Of a stretch of DNA of 64,000 bases, positions 9,501 to 17,116 are shown in pieces. Below the pieces are notes generated by a model. It was not told the origin of the DNA and ran no database searches. It saw only the letters and a list, made by a program, of their open reading frames with translations. Origin of the DNA: an uncultured Candidatus Poseidoniales archaeon. GTDB lineage: Archaea; Thermoplasmatota; Poseidoniia; Poseidoniales; Thalassarchaeaceae. Where the stretch lies: contig CACGIM010000001.1 in the NCBI GenBank assembly GCA_902573115.1, forward strand, positions 46,396 to 110,395, written 5' to 3'. A program made the translations under genes and the position numbers. The stretch's first letter is position 1; each line of letters starts with the position of its first letter.

Positions 9501-11418
9501 TGTCAAGGTCGGTCCCGTCGGTTGTCGTGGTGGGTCCGACCGATCCTGGGGTCCCGGCTGCGGCCGGGATGACGATGTTGTCTATCCAGGCCAGCGAGAG
9601 GCCGTCAGCGCTCGAGGTCCCGCCGTGGAACTGGAAGATCACAGTGTGGGTCCCAGCGGTAATGTCCTGTTCGTGGGTTCCGGTCACTGGGACCTCTCCT
9701 GCGCCGGCGGTGTACCAACCGGCTGTGTACGTAGCGTCCTCGTCGGAGCCGTCGGAGCAGTCGTTGTAGTTGTCGCCCACCCAACTCGTGTAGGAGTTGG
9801 GGAAGCCTTGTGATCCATCTGCGCACATGAAGTGCGTTGCCGAGTAAGCAGCGTGGCTGGTGTCGTAGGCTAGGTCAACTACCCCGCCCCATACGCCGTT
9901 CGAGCAAGCAGTTCCGCCGTCGCTTGGGTTTTCGACCAGCACACCGTCTACGTACAGCCTGAAGCCGTCGTAGTAGGTTGTCGTGGTGGTCCTGCAAAGC
10001 GAGCTTATCGCGTAGTCGAAGCTCATCTTCCCTTCAGCTGATGTGAAGGTGATAGAGATGTTCAGGTTCTGGTAGTTGGTTGAAAGGTTGCCAGACCTAA
10101 GGGAGAAGGTCCCCTCGATCGCGTCCCAGTCAGATACCGACCAGTCCTCTCCGTTGTTGGCGTCAACGCAGGCTGCGTCAAGTCCGTCGCACTGGGATGT
10201 CTCCCAGGTCACGTGAGAGGGGAGTGTCCCGTCCTCGAAGTCTAGGTCGAACACGGCGCCAGTCACCTGGATCTCGTCTGCATCGCCATCTCCGTCTGTG
10301 TCGACGCTTGCGTTGGCGTCCGTTGGGAATGCGTCGACGCTGTCATTCGCGCCGTCCCCATCACAATCGGCCAGAAGGTCGCAACCTGATACCTCAGCTG
10401 TGTCATCCACGTTGTCCCCGTCGTCATCGGTGTCGGCGTTGTCGCCTATACCGTCTCCGTCTGTGTCGGTGTCCTCTGAGGCGTCCTCGGGGAATGCGTC
10501 TGAGTTGTTTCCTACCCCGTCGCCATCCGTGTCGGTGTCCTCTGAGGCGTCATTCGGGAATGCGTCGGCGTTGTCGCCGATACCGTCTCCGTCTGTGTCG
10601 GCGGAATCGTTGGCATCCGTGGAGTTCCAATCAGAGTTGTCGCCCGTGCCGTCGCCATCCGTGTCTACGGACTCGTTCTCATCGCTTGGGAAGGCGTCTG
10701 AGTTGTCGCCTATGCCGTCGCCGTCTGTGTCGGTGTCCTCGGACGCATCGTTGTCGAAGGCATCGGCGTTGTCGCCTGTTCCGTCTCCATCCGTGTCCGT
10801 GTCCTCAGTATCGTCGGTCGGGAATGCGTCTGTGGCGTCTCCTGTGCCGTCGTCATCGCAATCGGTGTCGAACTCACAGCCTGCGGACTCATCCGCGTCG
10901 AGCACGCCATCGTCATCGTCGTCTGTGTCGATCCCGTCATGGGAACCGTCTCCGTCGAAGTCTGTGTCGTAGTCTATTCCGGTGATCGAGACATCTGAGA
11001 TTGCTACGTTGGCGAACACTGTGTCGGTGCCGCTGATCGAGTGGCTGATGGTGGCAGTGGTGTTAACACCGTCGTCATCAGTTTCTATGTCTACGTAGAC
11101 CCACTGCGACGTGTCCCAGTTCACCTTCGTGAATTTTAGGTATGAGGGGTCGACGGAAACTGCCGAGTTGTCGGATGAGGGGGTGATTACTAGCACCCCG
11201 TCCGGCGCCTCGTCGATTGACACCTCGTACCAACCTGAGTCACCCTCGTCGAATGTCGCTGTTCCGACACCGTCCATTACGACCAGGTCGATCGACGCGT
11301 GCATCTTTTGGGCATCATCTCTTAGTTCGGCTGCCTCTGGAGTCATGGGCAAGATAGCTGACGCTATCATTACCATTACCATTAGCAGGCTTCTTCCTTT
11401 CTGTGTCACGTTTTCCAT
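589..11418 (-). CDS. Giant acidic Ca-binding surface protein (~3,609 aa): TSP3-type repeats, MAM/lectin-like modules, LDLa-like modules, EF-hand, PGF-CTERM anchor
   Basis: One uninterrupted ORF. I place the start at ATG 11418 (MENVTQKGRSLLMVMVMIASAILPMTPEAA, a signal peptide, with GGAGG 9 nt upstream). The track start at 11523 would overlap the upstream gene. Contains dozens of DTDGDGxGDNxDxFPxD loops and three jelly-roll modules ending in (A)W(I/V)D(N/D)I..P. Also four DCxDGSDE-type modules and the EF-hand loop DANGDGDITYHE. C-terminus is PGFASVLAAISLLGAAAIGRREED. Confidence 0.9.
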   Translation of the reverse strand: MENVTQKGRSLLMVMVMIASAILPMTPEAAELRDDAQKMHASIDLVVMDGVGTATFDEGDSGWYEVSIDEAPDGVLVITPSSDNSAVSVDPSYLKFTKVNWDTSQWVYVDIETDDDGVNTTATISHSISGTDTVFANVAISDVSITGIDYDTDFDGDGSHDGIDTDDDDDGVLDADESAGCEFDTDCDDDGTGDATDAFPTDDTEDTDTDGDGTGDNADAFDNDASEDTDTDGDGIGDNSDAFPSDENESVDTDGDGTGDNSDWNSTDANDSADTDGDGIGDNADAFPNDASEDTDTDGDGVGNNSDAFPEDASEDTDTDGDGIGDNADTDDDGDNVDDTAEVSGCDLLADCDGDGANDSVDAFPTDANASVDTDGDGDADEIQVTGAVFDLDFEDGTLPSHVTWETSQCDGLDAACVDANNGEDWSVSDWDAIEGTFSLRSGNLSTNYQNLNISITFTSAEGKMSFDYAISSLCRTTTTTYYDGFRLYVDGVLVENPSDGGTACSNGVWGGVVDLAYDTSHAAYSATHFMCADGSQGFPNSYTSWVGDNYNDCSDGSDEDATYTAGWYTAGAGEVPVTGTHEQDITAGTHTVIFQFHGGTSSADGLSLAWIDNIVIPAAAGTPGSVGPTTTTDGTDLDTDDDNDGYPDVDETTNCETTSDPLNASSVPLYDNDDDDLCDAVDDDDDNDGVLDSDEADGSSLDLNNDGTADGINCANTTDCDGDGVLDGTDTHPADPSEQTDMDGDGIGDNGDNDRDGDGYLNTDDAFPDDDDEWADNDGDGTGDNADTDDDTCPAADGTTLTDGSTATCGTFTGFGSWVDADNDGVQDYDYYPGDGVLDVDDWDPISPAESADNDGDGWGDNADYDDDNDGIADESDNDMDGDGFENVNETTNCVSGLSDPQDSTSTPADMDSDGICDDLDLDEDGDGTNNTDQGDGAVDAFPEDACADTDTDGDGLPDTLVTGCTSTLTEDEDDDFAAGSAPADITECDSSTDTGYSYVPGTSYTCTFTISEGDSMVFAFQVYYSTLYVASTLTGPSSTLFSHSAYSSASPIEGTYGPYTEAGTYTFSSGADPGFYTVDVEATITPGVAPDWTDAEEATCGTDPLDSSDEPADLDGDGLCDEIQDTDNDGDGFSNVDEITNCGESNDANDSTSAPTDSDSDGICDALDDDNDGDGWDDADETNCGTDATDSTSTPTDTDADGICNALDDDVDGDGWDDADETDCGTDASDDTSTPIDTDGDGICDSVDTDDDGDGYSDADETTNCNVGSYASTSNSTNGSLIPADMDSDGTCDALDNDIDGDSIPNPWDQCEADASGYIDTDNDGLCDGDSDPDDDGDLVNDTDDAFPLDPSETTDTDGDGVGDNSDADDDGDGTDDQGDECPLDNTGILDNDGDGTCDVSDSDDDNDGVEDTDEEAGCEFDSDCDGDGVGDDTDAFDTDANASADTDGDGLPDSVVGWDSTVTTTYTLSTYSAGSMIVHAHEQSGGSELCTLDTEGGSDSCSFTSSVGIDLIASAVSYSTYTGGGTVILSDGTNELLNVTAAYSWYYDAYFGDYEFGVFDDVSTTGGLLMDSDDDDDGYSDADEDTNCVGGLGDSTDSLSTPDDNDGDGLCDYLDDDDDDDGYSDSHEAACGTDSMTAGDVSDFDGDGTCDSVDTDDDDDGVDDSDDWAPYDASESYDTDNDGVGDNEDDDADGDGTADEDDVNPTDRCSNLDTDGDGLTDDYDDCSSLGFYTTINADEGDNAGAGLTAGSLVGITDDSTLFGGAFEGDQWFATSDTDGVFRMYLDHGTGVSAVSAMLAIASTDWEEGDYYASYWVGDDGVTTTLGDSRESWGDIDNCGCEGFWGQWIAEVPSEDGYLMLEASTDSGPETFGIDNIGYHDNNWDVISMVTFEDSVEEMGEYMMPSTPDLLQGTYNVTIDDSFGDGGHGITVSLGSDTLCSIGQYAYSSTASCEFDLTAYSDEEISIAVDTDSWAYEGQLTVTFDDGSTAVETWSADTTFTYSTSGDVLLPIEGTYTIEISDVYADGGQEAMAWFDGSEVCSLTTDPGGIASDSCTFTATGYADSVLDVDFTSTDTWGTEGTMVITLPNGTALSYGNSADFATDSYSFAHQGTEVQPVAGEVMLSNGWGATVSLDVSGYHAGTVDDDDDDDGYVDDDDAFPTDAEEHDDLDNDGVGSNADSDDDGDGVNDWNDDFPRHGYADTDTDGDGMPDDIGWDNGAIHEDWSIGNFTGLDWTADDHANNTGWVRTGDANWRVSPSWGQALGDFITDGESQTLSITMVTEAGHFAYDYYVTTEERYDTFAFSINGMEYMSASGEDYHWEFVCTVAGYSSEDWESGSLNDGSIPGNWVNDGYDDCGDGSDEGVSNWYSPHTGTFEAHIPAGEHTFSWTFTKDADTAGGGDMVAIDNIVFPYMIQGEGECEDSTDHCNTEDMDDDADGIEDVDDDCPTDAGENTDSDGDGFCDNADLDDDNDGVYDYNDDMPLDPDETTDSDGDGIGDNADSDDDNDGCDDDQDDLPNDASDCVDTDGDGIGDTADPDDDGDNVMDDEDPFPMDGEAWLDNDGDGDPDYTGDPPFDGSFEGGALPFGFITYGDAEWFVCDSVSCGNPQGGPINGSFMAEGGDIPDQSGGATTTLEWTGETLAGDVTFAYETSSETNWDFLRFYVDGSLVNSWSGQTFGTFSHTVSSGQHTFLWQYYKDSIISSFDDIAWVDDIQLPVSQVVNQSDLDDDNDGVMDEYDLDPLDPCVSADTDGDGAPDWVLSGTFDMSGSGDPDFIVDCDSTNWYEDWDDDGDGWSDDDEMLCGTNHLDYGEIPVDFDGDMLCDDLDNDLDDDGAINPVNNCEYYLAWGDNASFIDCIADGFHAVDANGDGDITYHEAMHAWAFQWQEAPIDDDDDWFEHSFFCGDGSEIPFEWVNDNISDCADGADEQQYDADGNPINWFDCSDGTTIWVYQVNDGMDDCPDGEDESWFYEDEYGEEDTDGTDDGVGTMSHEGENDSSGTDMGTDIPIELYVDDMGWTQVSEAQEPDWEEAMNWTVEQELDHMLSNVGYTLNMSGNWSFEAWFSDLVVNWTYSYYIDAEAITMDGDDYSSYWDEFNATESTFSTGFEVEVTDDTCAVGIWINVNGYDAATWNGSAYGWADYILLGPASNADDDMDGVPDCIAMSFGPDDGDGDGDGDGDGTDEEEPEVWPAPEDFMAFEEQFWTFWSAWDADNSSSFSFEEYWQAVTDTTDGFAFESPGWSPDTTAWDQFAYDEEETTDTDMDGLGDNADNDDDNDGVTDLLDSFPLDPSESSDLDGDGVGDNSDDDIDGDGTPNDEDAFDSDAGASADNDGDGVDDVADSDDDNDGVPDVQDWAPLDASEQYDTDGDGTGDNADTDDDGDGIEDSLDAFPLDGTESADFDGDGIGDNADPDDDGDDVPDGLDEFPYDADEARDYDNDGIGDIADPDRDEDGVLNSDDAFPLNELESVDTDGDGIGDNADSDDDNDGVADVDDWAPLDHLQWMDTDGDGMGDEHENGEPNGDTDDDGDGFSDADEYDCGTDSKNILSTPSDYDNDGLCDAVDSDPTGDRSAAEGSQEDPSFTPGFASVLAAISLLGAAAIGRREED
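7731..7970 (-). repeat. Two tandem 120-bp (40-aa) repeat units inside the giant gene, flanked by more diverged copies
   Basis: 7731-7790 and 7851-7910 align at exactly 120-bp offset. The core cgtctgtgccacagtYcgtctcgtcagcgtcatcccagccgtcgccgtc is near-identical between copies. The unit encodes CGTDxxDxxSxPxDxDxDGICxALDDDxDGDGWDDADE. Confidence 0.85.
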
Positions 11419-11422
11419 TCTA

Positions 11423-14400
11423 TCAGTCCTCCTCTTGCTCGTCCTCGTCATCAACCGGTTCGTCGTCGTCCTCGAAGTCGAAGTCCTCGAACTCCTCGGT
11501 GTAGTCTGCAGCCTCATCCTCATCGGATCTGCTGGCTCCCTTGTTCATCTGTAGGAGCCCGTATCCGAGAGCTCCGATTGCAGCCACTATGCCCAGGTAG
11601 GGCAGTGGGTCGTAGGTGATCTTGTCTACGAGAGTAATTGGGTTGGCGTTGTCTCCTAGGTTGTCCTCGTTGGAGTCGTACCACTCGGCGCTGTCCCTTG
11701 GGAACCGGTCTTCGTCACCCACGGCGCATGCAACATACTCGGACTTGGATGCGCTTTCCTCGCATGCTGGGTCCGGGTATCCATCGCCATCGTCATCGGT
11801 GTCTATTGCGTCGCAGAGACCGTCTCCGTCCAGATCTTCTGGGGTCTCAGAGGCCACATCCTTGTCTCCGGTGCCACCCGCGTTAGCGCAAGCGACCTCG
11901 GTAGCGTCGAGCCACCCGTCTCCGTCGTCATCCATGTCGGAGTTGTCCCCGACCCCATCCCCATCGGAGTCTTCCCTCTCGAGGGGGTTGAACGGGAATG
12001 CATCGTCCACGTCGATTACGCCGTCGTTGTCGTCGTCACCGTCATTGGGATCGCACTCGCCATCGCCGTCGTTGTCTGTCGGCACTATCGAGGCATCCTT
12101 GTGCGGGTCCAGTGTGTTGGGCAGGCAGGCTGCCTCATCTTCGTCGGACCATCCGTCGTTGTCGTCGTCGTCGTCGGACTCGTCGCCGGTTCCGTCACCG
12201 TCGTTGTCGGCCGACTCCCCGTTGTTTTCCGGGAACGCGTCTAGACTGTCCAGGATGCCGTCGTTGTCGTCGTCATCATCCATGGCGTCGCAGATGTAGT
12301 CGTTATCGTTGTCCAATGGAACGCTGGTGTGGTCCAGTGGGTCCGAGCCACAGGCGATCTCCTCGGCATCGGTCCAGTCGTAGTTTCCTGGAGCCTCTGC
12401 GACAGTTCCCTGACCGTCGTCGTCCAAGTCAGCGTTGTTCCCAACTAAGTCTCCATCGGTGTCCTCCCACTCGGATGAGTCGAGTGGGAACGCATCGGTG
12501 TGACCGGGGCAATTGCTTGCGATCTCGTTCGCCTCGTTGGGGAAGTAGTTCACTCCCTCCACCTGAGCAGCATCCTGAGCGGCTTGCCATGCGGACAATT
12601 CGCAGGAGTCCCACCATCCGTCGTTGTCGTCGTCCATGTCCCTGTTGTCGCCTTGTCCGTCTGCGTCGGCGTCTGCCCACTCAGTGTGATCGAGTGGCCA
12701 TAGGTCCTCGGTGTCGTTGACGCCGTCGTTGTCGTCGTCTGGGTCCAGAGCGTCGCACTTTCCGTTCGAGTAGCCTCCGAGGGTCATGTCCAGTGTACTG
12801 TCAATGGGCATCTCGTTAGCTGCTAGGGGGTCGCTGCCGCAATCGATTTCGTATGTATCGTTGTACGTATCGCCGTCGTCGTCTGTGTCTTCCACGAGAC
12901 CAGTAGGCGTTTCGGGTACGCAGAGCAGCGTGCTGTTCGCGTCGCTTGGATCGCTCAGTAGCGTGGTGTCGATCGAGTCTGGCAAGCCATCCCTGTCTGT
13001 GTCATCAGAGGCGCACTCGTCGAAGTCGAACTGGTCCGTCTCGTCATCCACTCCGTCTCCGTCTCCGTCGAAGTCCACGTAGAGGTATGCTAGAGAGTCT
13101 TCAACATCAGTCTGGGTGTCCATGAGTATCCAGTCTGGTTCCGCAAGGTCGTCTTCACCATCGTTGTCTGTGTCAGCGGTCCATGTTAGTCCTCTGTTGA
13201 TGTCACATAGCAGGTCACCATCATAATCCGAAGGCTTGGTGTTTGCATCCATGTCGGCGGTTGTCGGCAAGCCGAAGCAGATCTGCTCTGCAGCGTTAGA
13301 CCAGCCATCTCCGTCTATGTCTGAGTCGGATGCGTCTGGAATGTTGTCTCCATCCATGTCCGCGGACCCGTTCTCGTCGAGAGGCATCTCGTCGAATTCG
13401 TTGTCCGTACCATCTCCATCGATGTCAGGGTCGAGGAAATCGCAGATTCCGTCGCCGTCAGTGTCGGTCGGCGTGCTGTTCGCATCGTATGGGTCTGCTC
13501 CGCAGTCCAGCTCGAGTTGGTCCAGCCATCCGTCGCCGTCCGCGTCCAGTGTGTAGAAGGTGACATTCACCGCATAGGCGTCACCATCGTCATCAACTCC
13601 GAACCAGTTGTAGATGCCTATGCCCCACAGTTGGTCTTGTGGCGAAGCGATCGTGCTGGTGTTGTAGTTGAAGCTTGAAGCGTACATCGGGGATCCTATC
13701 CACGAGTTCGTGCCGTCGGGCTGCCATTGGTACATGAAGTGGTACGCGTCGCAACTCTCGTTTCCGTTAGTCCACTCGTTGCACTCCCAGGTCAGGTCGA
13801 CCCCATGGTTTGCTGGCACGGTGAATAGGTAGACGTCGGTAGTGTCCAAGTCCCCGTGGGCCCACCCATGCCATCCTAGCACGCTGTCGTTTGCGAGTCT
13901 GTCGGCTTGAGTCTGGTTCATGTGGTCGTTCACAATTACTGCTGATCCGGCTCCGGTACCTGCGTCACATCCGCAGTTGGCGTCGTTCTGGTTTCCGCCT
14001 TCGAGCTCGCTTAGCGGGTGGAAGGTTATGTTCAGCTCGTAGGTCAGGTTGTCGACCCCCGAGAATGAGGATTGGTAGACCCTCATGTATGCCCATCCGG
14101 GCGTATCGGCTACACCGCCAACCGTTCCTGAGGCGTTGTGGGGGACCCCGACAGGGAACAAACCAGTGTTTAGGGACCCTTCGTCGATGTTGGTTCCAGC
14201 TAGGTCGTCCACGAAGTAGGCGAGGTTACCGAACCCACATGGTAGGTGCTGGATCTGGCACATGTATATCCAGACTCCAGCATAGGTCGTCTCGAGGATC
14301 CCGCTGTCTTCCATGTCCAGGTCGAAGTCGACCTGCATGTAGTGGCCCTGCGGGACTGCTATGGAGTAGTGGTCGTAGCTGTCCCAAGTCTTGTCCAGCC

Positions 14401-16921
14401 ATCCTGTGCAGATTCCACCATCCCAGTGCGACCTTACGTCTCCGTTGGCGTCGTATGGGTTGAAGTCTCCCTGGGTGCTGTCATTCAGGAAAGCGTGGCC
14501 GTCCCAGTTGCCCGGGTATATGGCGTCTGGTGCGTCTCCACCGGCTACCGATCCTGCCAAGCCGCAGTCGTCCTGGTTCGCGCCGGGCTCCATGCCTGGC
14601 GTCATGAACTCCATGGTGACTGTGTAGTGTCCGCTTCCTGTGTCTGTCCTTACCTCAAGCCATAGGAATTGGTCGGCGTCGTCGAACATTGAGTACACGC
14701 AAGCAGGGTTGGCGTAGTATTCCGAGTCCACGGTGTACATCCATGTGTACAACGGGTTCTTGTAGTGCAGAACGACATCGACGTCGTTGTGCTCGGGGAA
14801 CTCGACGCATATCGTCACAAGATAGTTGTTGGGCATCCAGAACCTGTAGTGGTCATATTCGTCGAACTCATCGTGCCCGTAGCCCGTGAATGACTGGTTG
14901 GCAGAGGAGATGTTCAGGGCGTCTGCCCCGTATGTGTCATCTCCGCCGTCAGCGCAGTCGCCCGGTTGGGACATGAAAGCGTCGTTCTGGCATGCCAGCT
15001 CCGCCGGTTCCTCTGATGCGTTGTAGATTGAGTAAGAGACAGTGTAGTTGCTCTCGTAGTCCTCTGTCATGCTCTCAAGAAGAATCCTGATGTACAGGGT
15101 GCTGTCTGTGTCCAGATCGTTTGTCCAAGAGTAGGACTCGTTGGTGGCCGCAGCAGCCGGAGATGTCTCGAATGTGTTGTACGGAGCGCTGTATACGGTG
15201 CTCGTACCTCCTGAGCTTGTCACCATGTATAGGTAAAGCGCCAACTCTCCCTCTATCTCGATGGTGTCGTTGAAGTTGTTGTCGATTCCCTCGTGCCAGT
15301 CCAGGATTAAGTGTGCTCCATGGTATGCTGGGACATCAAGGGCGAACCAGTCGGCCTCGTCATATCCTGCGCAGACCATTCCCTCGAACACTCCGGACCA
15401 TGTTCCGTCCCCGTCATAGACGGTGTGGCCCGATACGTCAACGGGCAGATCGTCTGGAGAGAATGATCCCTCTGTGGCGTCCTCTCCGTTTCCGGTGAAG
15501 GAGCCGGATCCTGGTGCGGATCCGTCATCTTGGAAGAAGCAGGGGGGAGGTGCCCCTGGTTCGGTCTGAAGGTCTAGGATGTACCCGGAAGCAGGTCCCG
15601 CGTAGTGTTCTACCTCAACGTACACTGTCGTTGCTGCTCCTAGTTGCCCCAGGTCAACAAACTCTGGTTGGTTGAACCACGAGTAGGCCATTAGCCCCGA
15701 GAGTCCGTTGGTCATGTCGTAAGACGAGTAGATGTTAAGTTCTAGATCCGCCGAGTTTTCCCAGGAAAGCGTTAGGTTGGCCGCATAGTTCTCGGGAATG
15801 TAAACCGCGTAGATGTCCGATGTGTCTGTGGAGTCCACATATCCGGTGGCTCTGTCCTCGAACACGAAGTCGGTCGCAGTAAGGAATCCCGAAAAGTTGC
15901 CCAGTAGTATTCCTACTGTCAGGCCCATTCCGCCGTCTCCCCATGTGTCGGTCTTGTCTACGGTGTATGTTCCGGCGTCAGAGTAAGTTGCCAGCCATCC
16001 GGTAAAGTAGTCCGGTATAGGGTTCCAAGAGTCGACTGTGCCATCCGGCTTCGTGACGTCGATCGAGGTCTCTGGGGTGCACCAAACATCGCAGTAAGTG
16101 ACGACTAGGTCTGCGGAGTTGGTACCGTCCAGGGTGAATGTGTCGGATTGAGAGTTCCATGATGCTGGCTCATCCGGCATGTCCAGGATTATGTTGTACT
16201 GGGGCTCTGTGTGGTCTCCCACGTGGCCGCTGTCTGATGGCCATACTGAGATGTTCATGGTGTATTCGGGGCTTGCTGCTGCGTTGTGGCAGTAGTAGCA
16301 CCATACTAGAATTCCAGCTGGGTCCCCGGCTAAGTCAATGGGTGCCCCGGTGTAGGAAGCTGTCCCGATGCCGGCTCCGTAGGTGCCTCCAAGGCCGCCG
16401 CCAGCCGAGCTGATTCCGATCTCTCCGACTGTGGAGTAGTAGTTGTACCCCCAGTCGTTGGTGTAGTAGTTGGTCATCGACCCGTCTCCGGGCCCCAGGG
16501 AGACCATGTATGCCCTGTCCTCGTAGAAACCGCCACCCGAGTGGTTCCAGTGTACTGTCACGGACAGACCGAATCCGACAGGCATGTCGATTATGTACTG
16601 ATCCTGATTCTCTGCTGCGGACGTGGAGTAGCCCGTTGCGTCGGACTCGTTACCGTAGAAGGTAACCGTCTCCTCACCCGTCCACGAGAACTCGTCGGTC
16701 AGGTTGATGGAGGTATCCAGGCTGTTTCCGGCATCGACTCCGTGGCAGGCGTCGTGCCCCAAACAGGGGTCTGTGGACCCTCCGTGGGTCTGGCTCCTCT
16801 CCGCTGCTCGGTCGAGCTCTGCTGGGGCATCTAGGGCCCCTACCATAGGCAGGCATACCGAGACAATCATTAGCATTGTCAGATTTACTGATCTTGTTGC
16901 ATTTCCATTCATAGGCGTCAC
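11423..16921 (-). CDS. Giant acidic surface protein (1,832 aa): PPC-like beta-sandwich modules, TSP3-type repeats, C-terminal TM helix and polyacidic tail
   Basis: Signal-like N-terminus (LTMLMIVSVCLPMVGALDAPAE). About 5 degenerate modules open with acidic Gly/Asp loops (e.g. GNQNDANCGCDAGTGAG, QNDAFMSQPGDCADGGDD). The C-terminal third is DxDxDGxxDxxD loops. TM helix LPYLGIVAAIGALGYGLLQM is followed by a 40-aa D/E-rich tail. Start is GTG 16921 or ATG 16912. The TGA stop lies 4 nt before the next gene's ATG. Confidence 0.9.
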   Translation of the reverse strand: MTPMNGNATRSVNLTMLMIVSVCLPMVGALDAPAELDRAAERSQTHGGSTDPCLGHDACHGVDAGNSLDTSINLTDEFSWTGEETVTFYGNESDATGYSTSAAENQDQYIIDMPVGFGLSVTVHWNHSGGGFYEDRAYMVSLGPGDGSMTNYYTNDWGYNYYSTVGEIGISSAGGGLGGTYGAGIGTASYTGAPIDLAGDPAGILVWCYYCHNAAASPEYTMNISVWPSDSGHVGDHTEPQYNIILDMPDEPASWNSQSDTFTLDGTNSADLVVTYCDVWCTPETSIDVTKPDGTVDSWNPIPDYFTGWLATYSDAGTYTVDKTDTWGDGGMGLTVGILLGNFSGFLTATDFVFEDRATGYVDSTDTSDIYAVYIPENYAANLTLSWENSADLELNIYSSYDMTNGLSGLMAYSWFNQPEFVDLGQLGAATTVYVEVEHYAGPASGYILDLQTEPGAPPPCFFQDDGSAPGSGSFTGNGEDATEGSFSPDDLPVDVSGHTVYDGDGTWSGVFEGMVCAGYDEADWFALDVPAYHGAHLILDWHEGIDNNFNDTIEIEGELALYLYMVTSSGGTSTVYSAPYNTFETSPAAAATNESYSWTNDLDTDSTLYIRILLESMTEDYESNYTVSYSIYNASEEPAELACQNDAFMSQPGDCADGGDDTYGADALNISSANQSFTGYGHDEFDEYDHYRFWMPNNYLVTICVEFPEHNDVDVVLHYKNPLYTWMYTVDSEYYANPACVYSMFDDADQFLWLEVRTDTGSGHYTVTMEFMTPGMEPGANQDDCGLAGSVAGGDAPDAIYPGNWDGHAFLNDSTQGDFNPYDANGDVRSHWDGGICTGWLDKTWDSYDHYSIAVPQGHYMQVDFDLDMEDSGILETTYAGVWIYMCQIQHLPCGFGNLAYFVDDLAGTNIDEGSLNTGLFPVGVPHNASGTVGGVADTPGWAYMRVYQSSFSGVDNLTYELNITFHPLSELEGGNQNDANCGCDAGTGAGSAVIVNDHMNQTQADRLANDSVLGWHGWAHGDLDTTDVYLFTVPANHGVDLTWECNEWTNGNESCDAYHFMYQWQPDGTNSWIGSPMYASSFNYNTSTIASPQDQLWGIGIYNWFGVDDDGDAYAVNVTFYTLDADGDGWLDQLELDCGADPYDANSTPTDTDGDGICDFLDPDIDGDGTDNEFDEMPLDENGSADMDGDNIPDASDSDIDGDGWSNAAEQICFGLPTTADMDANTKPSDYDGDLLCDINRGLTWTADTDNDGEDDLAEPDWILMDTQTDVEDSLAYLYVDFDGDGDGVDDETDQFDFDECASDDTDRDGLPDSIDTTLLSDPSDANSTLLCVPETPTGLVEDTDDDGDTYNDTYEIDCGSDPLAANEMPIDSTLDMTLGGYSNGKCDALDPDDDNDGVNDTEDLWPLDHTEWADADADGQGDNRDMDDDNDGWWDSCELSAWQAAQDAAQVEGVNYFPNEANEIASNCPGHTDAFPLDSSEWEDTDGDLVGNNADLDDDGQGTVAEAPGNYDWTDAEEIACGSDPLDHTSVPLDNDNDYICDAMDDDDDNDGILDSLDAFPENNGESADNDGDGTGDESDDDDDNDGWSDEDEAACLPNTLDPHKDASIVPTDNDGDGECDPNDGDDDNDGVIDVDDAFPFNPLEREDSDGDGVGDNSDMDDDGDGWLDATEVACANAGGTGDKDVASETPEDLDGDGLCDAIDTDDDGDGYPDPACEESASKSEYVACAVGDEDRFPRDSAEWYDSNEDNLGDNANPITLVDKITYDPLPYLGIVAAIGALGYGLLQMNKGASRSDEDEAADYTEEFEDFDFEDDDEPVDDEDEQEED

Positions 16922-16946
16922 TTAGTGACTATGACGTCTTATGTCA

Positions 16947-16954
16947 AATATAAA
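16947..16954 (-). promoter_or_regulatory. TATA box (TTTATATT on the minus strand) for the 1,832-aa gene
   Basis: Near-canonical archaeal TATA with a purine-rich stretch (GGGAGAG) upstream. It sits 25 nt upstream of GTG 16921, which implies a leaderless or very short-leader mRNA. Confidence 0.5.
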
Positions 16955-17064
16955 ACTCTCCCAAAATGCTCAGTTTAACATAATTTCACTATTCCGGTAA
17001 TTTTTCGAATTAAAATTACAAATAAGGGAAAATATGTACGAAATATATCATTTTTATTATTGAT

Positions 17065-17085
17065 AATTTCCATTTTATGGAAATT
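17065..17085. repeat. Perfect 9-3-9 inverted repeat AATTTCCAT-TTT-ATGGAAATT in the AT-rich spacer
   Basis: Read directly: 17065-17073 is the reverse complement of 17077-17085. It lies between the upstream gene's oligo-T terminator and the downstream TATA box. Confidence 0.8.
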
Positions 17086-17116
17086 TAATGTAATTGTTAT
17101 TTGGCGATATTCTGGT

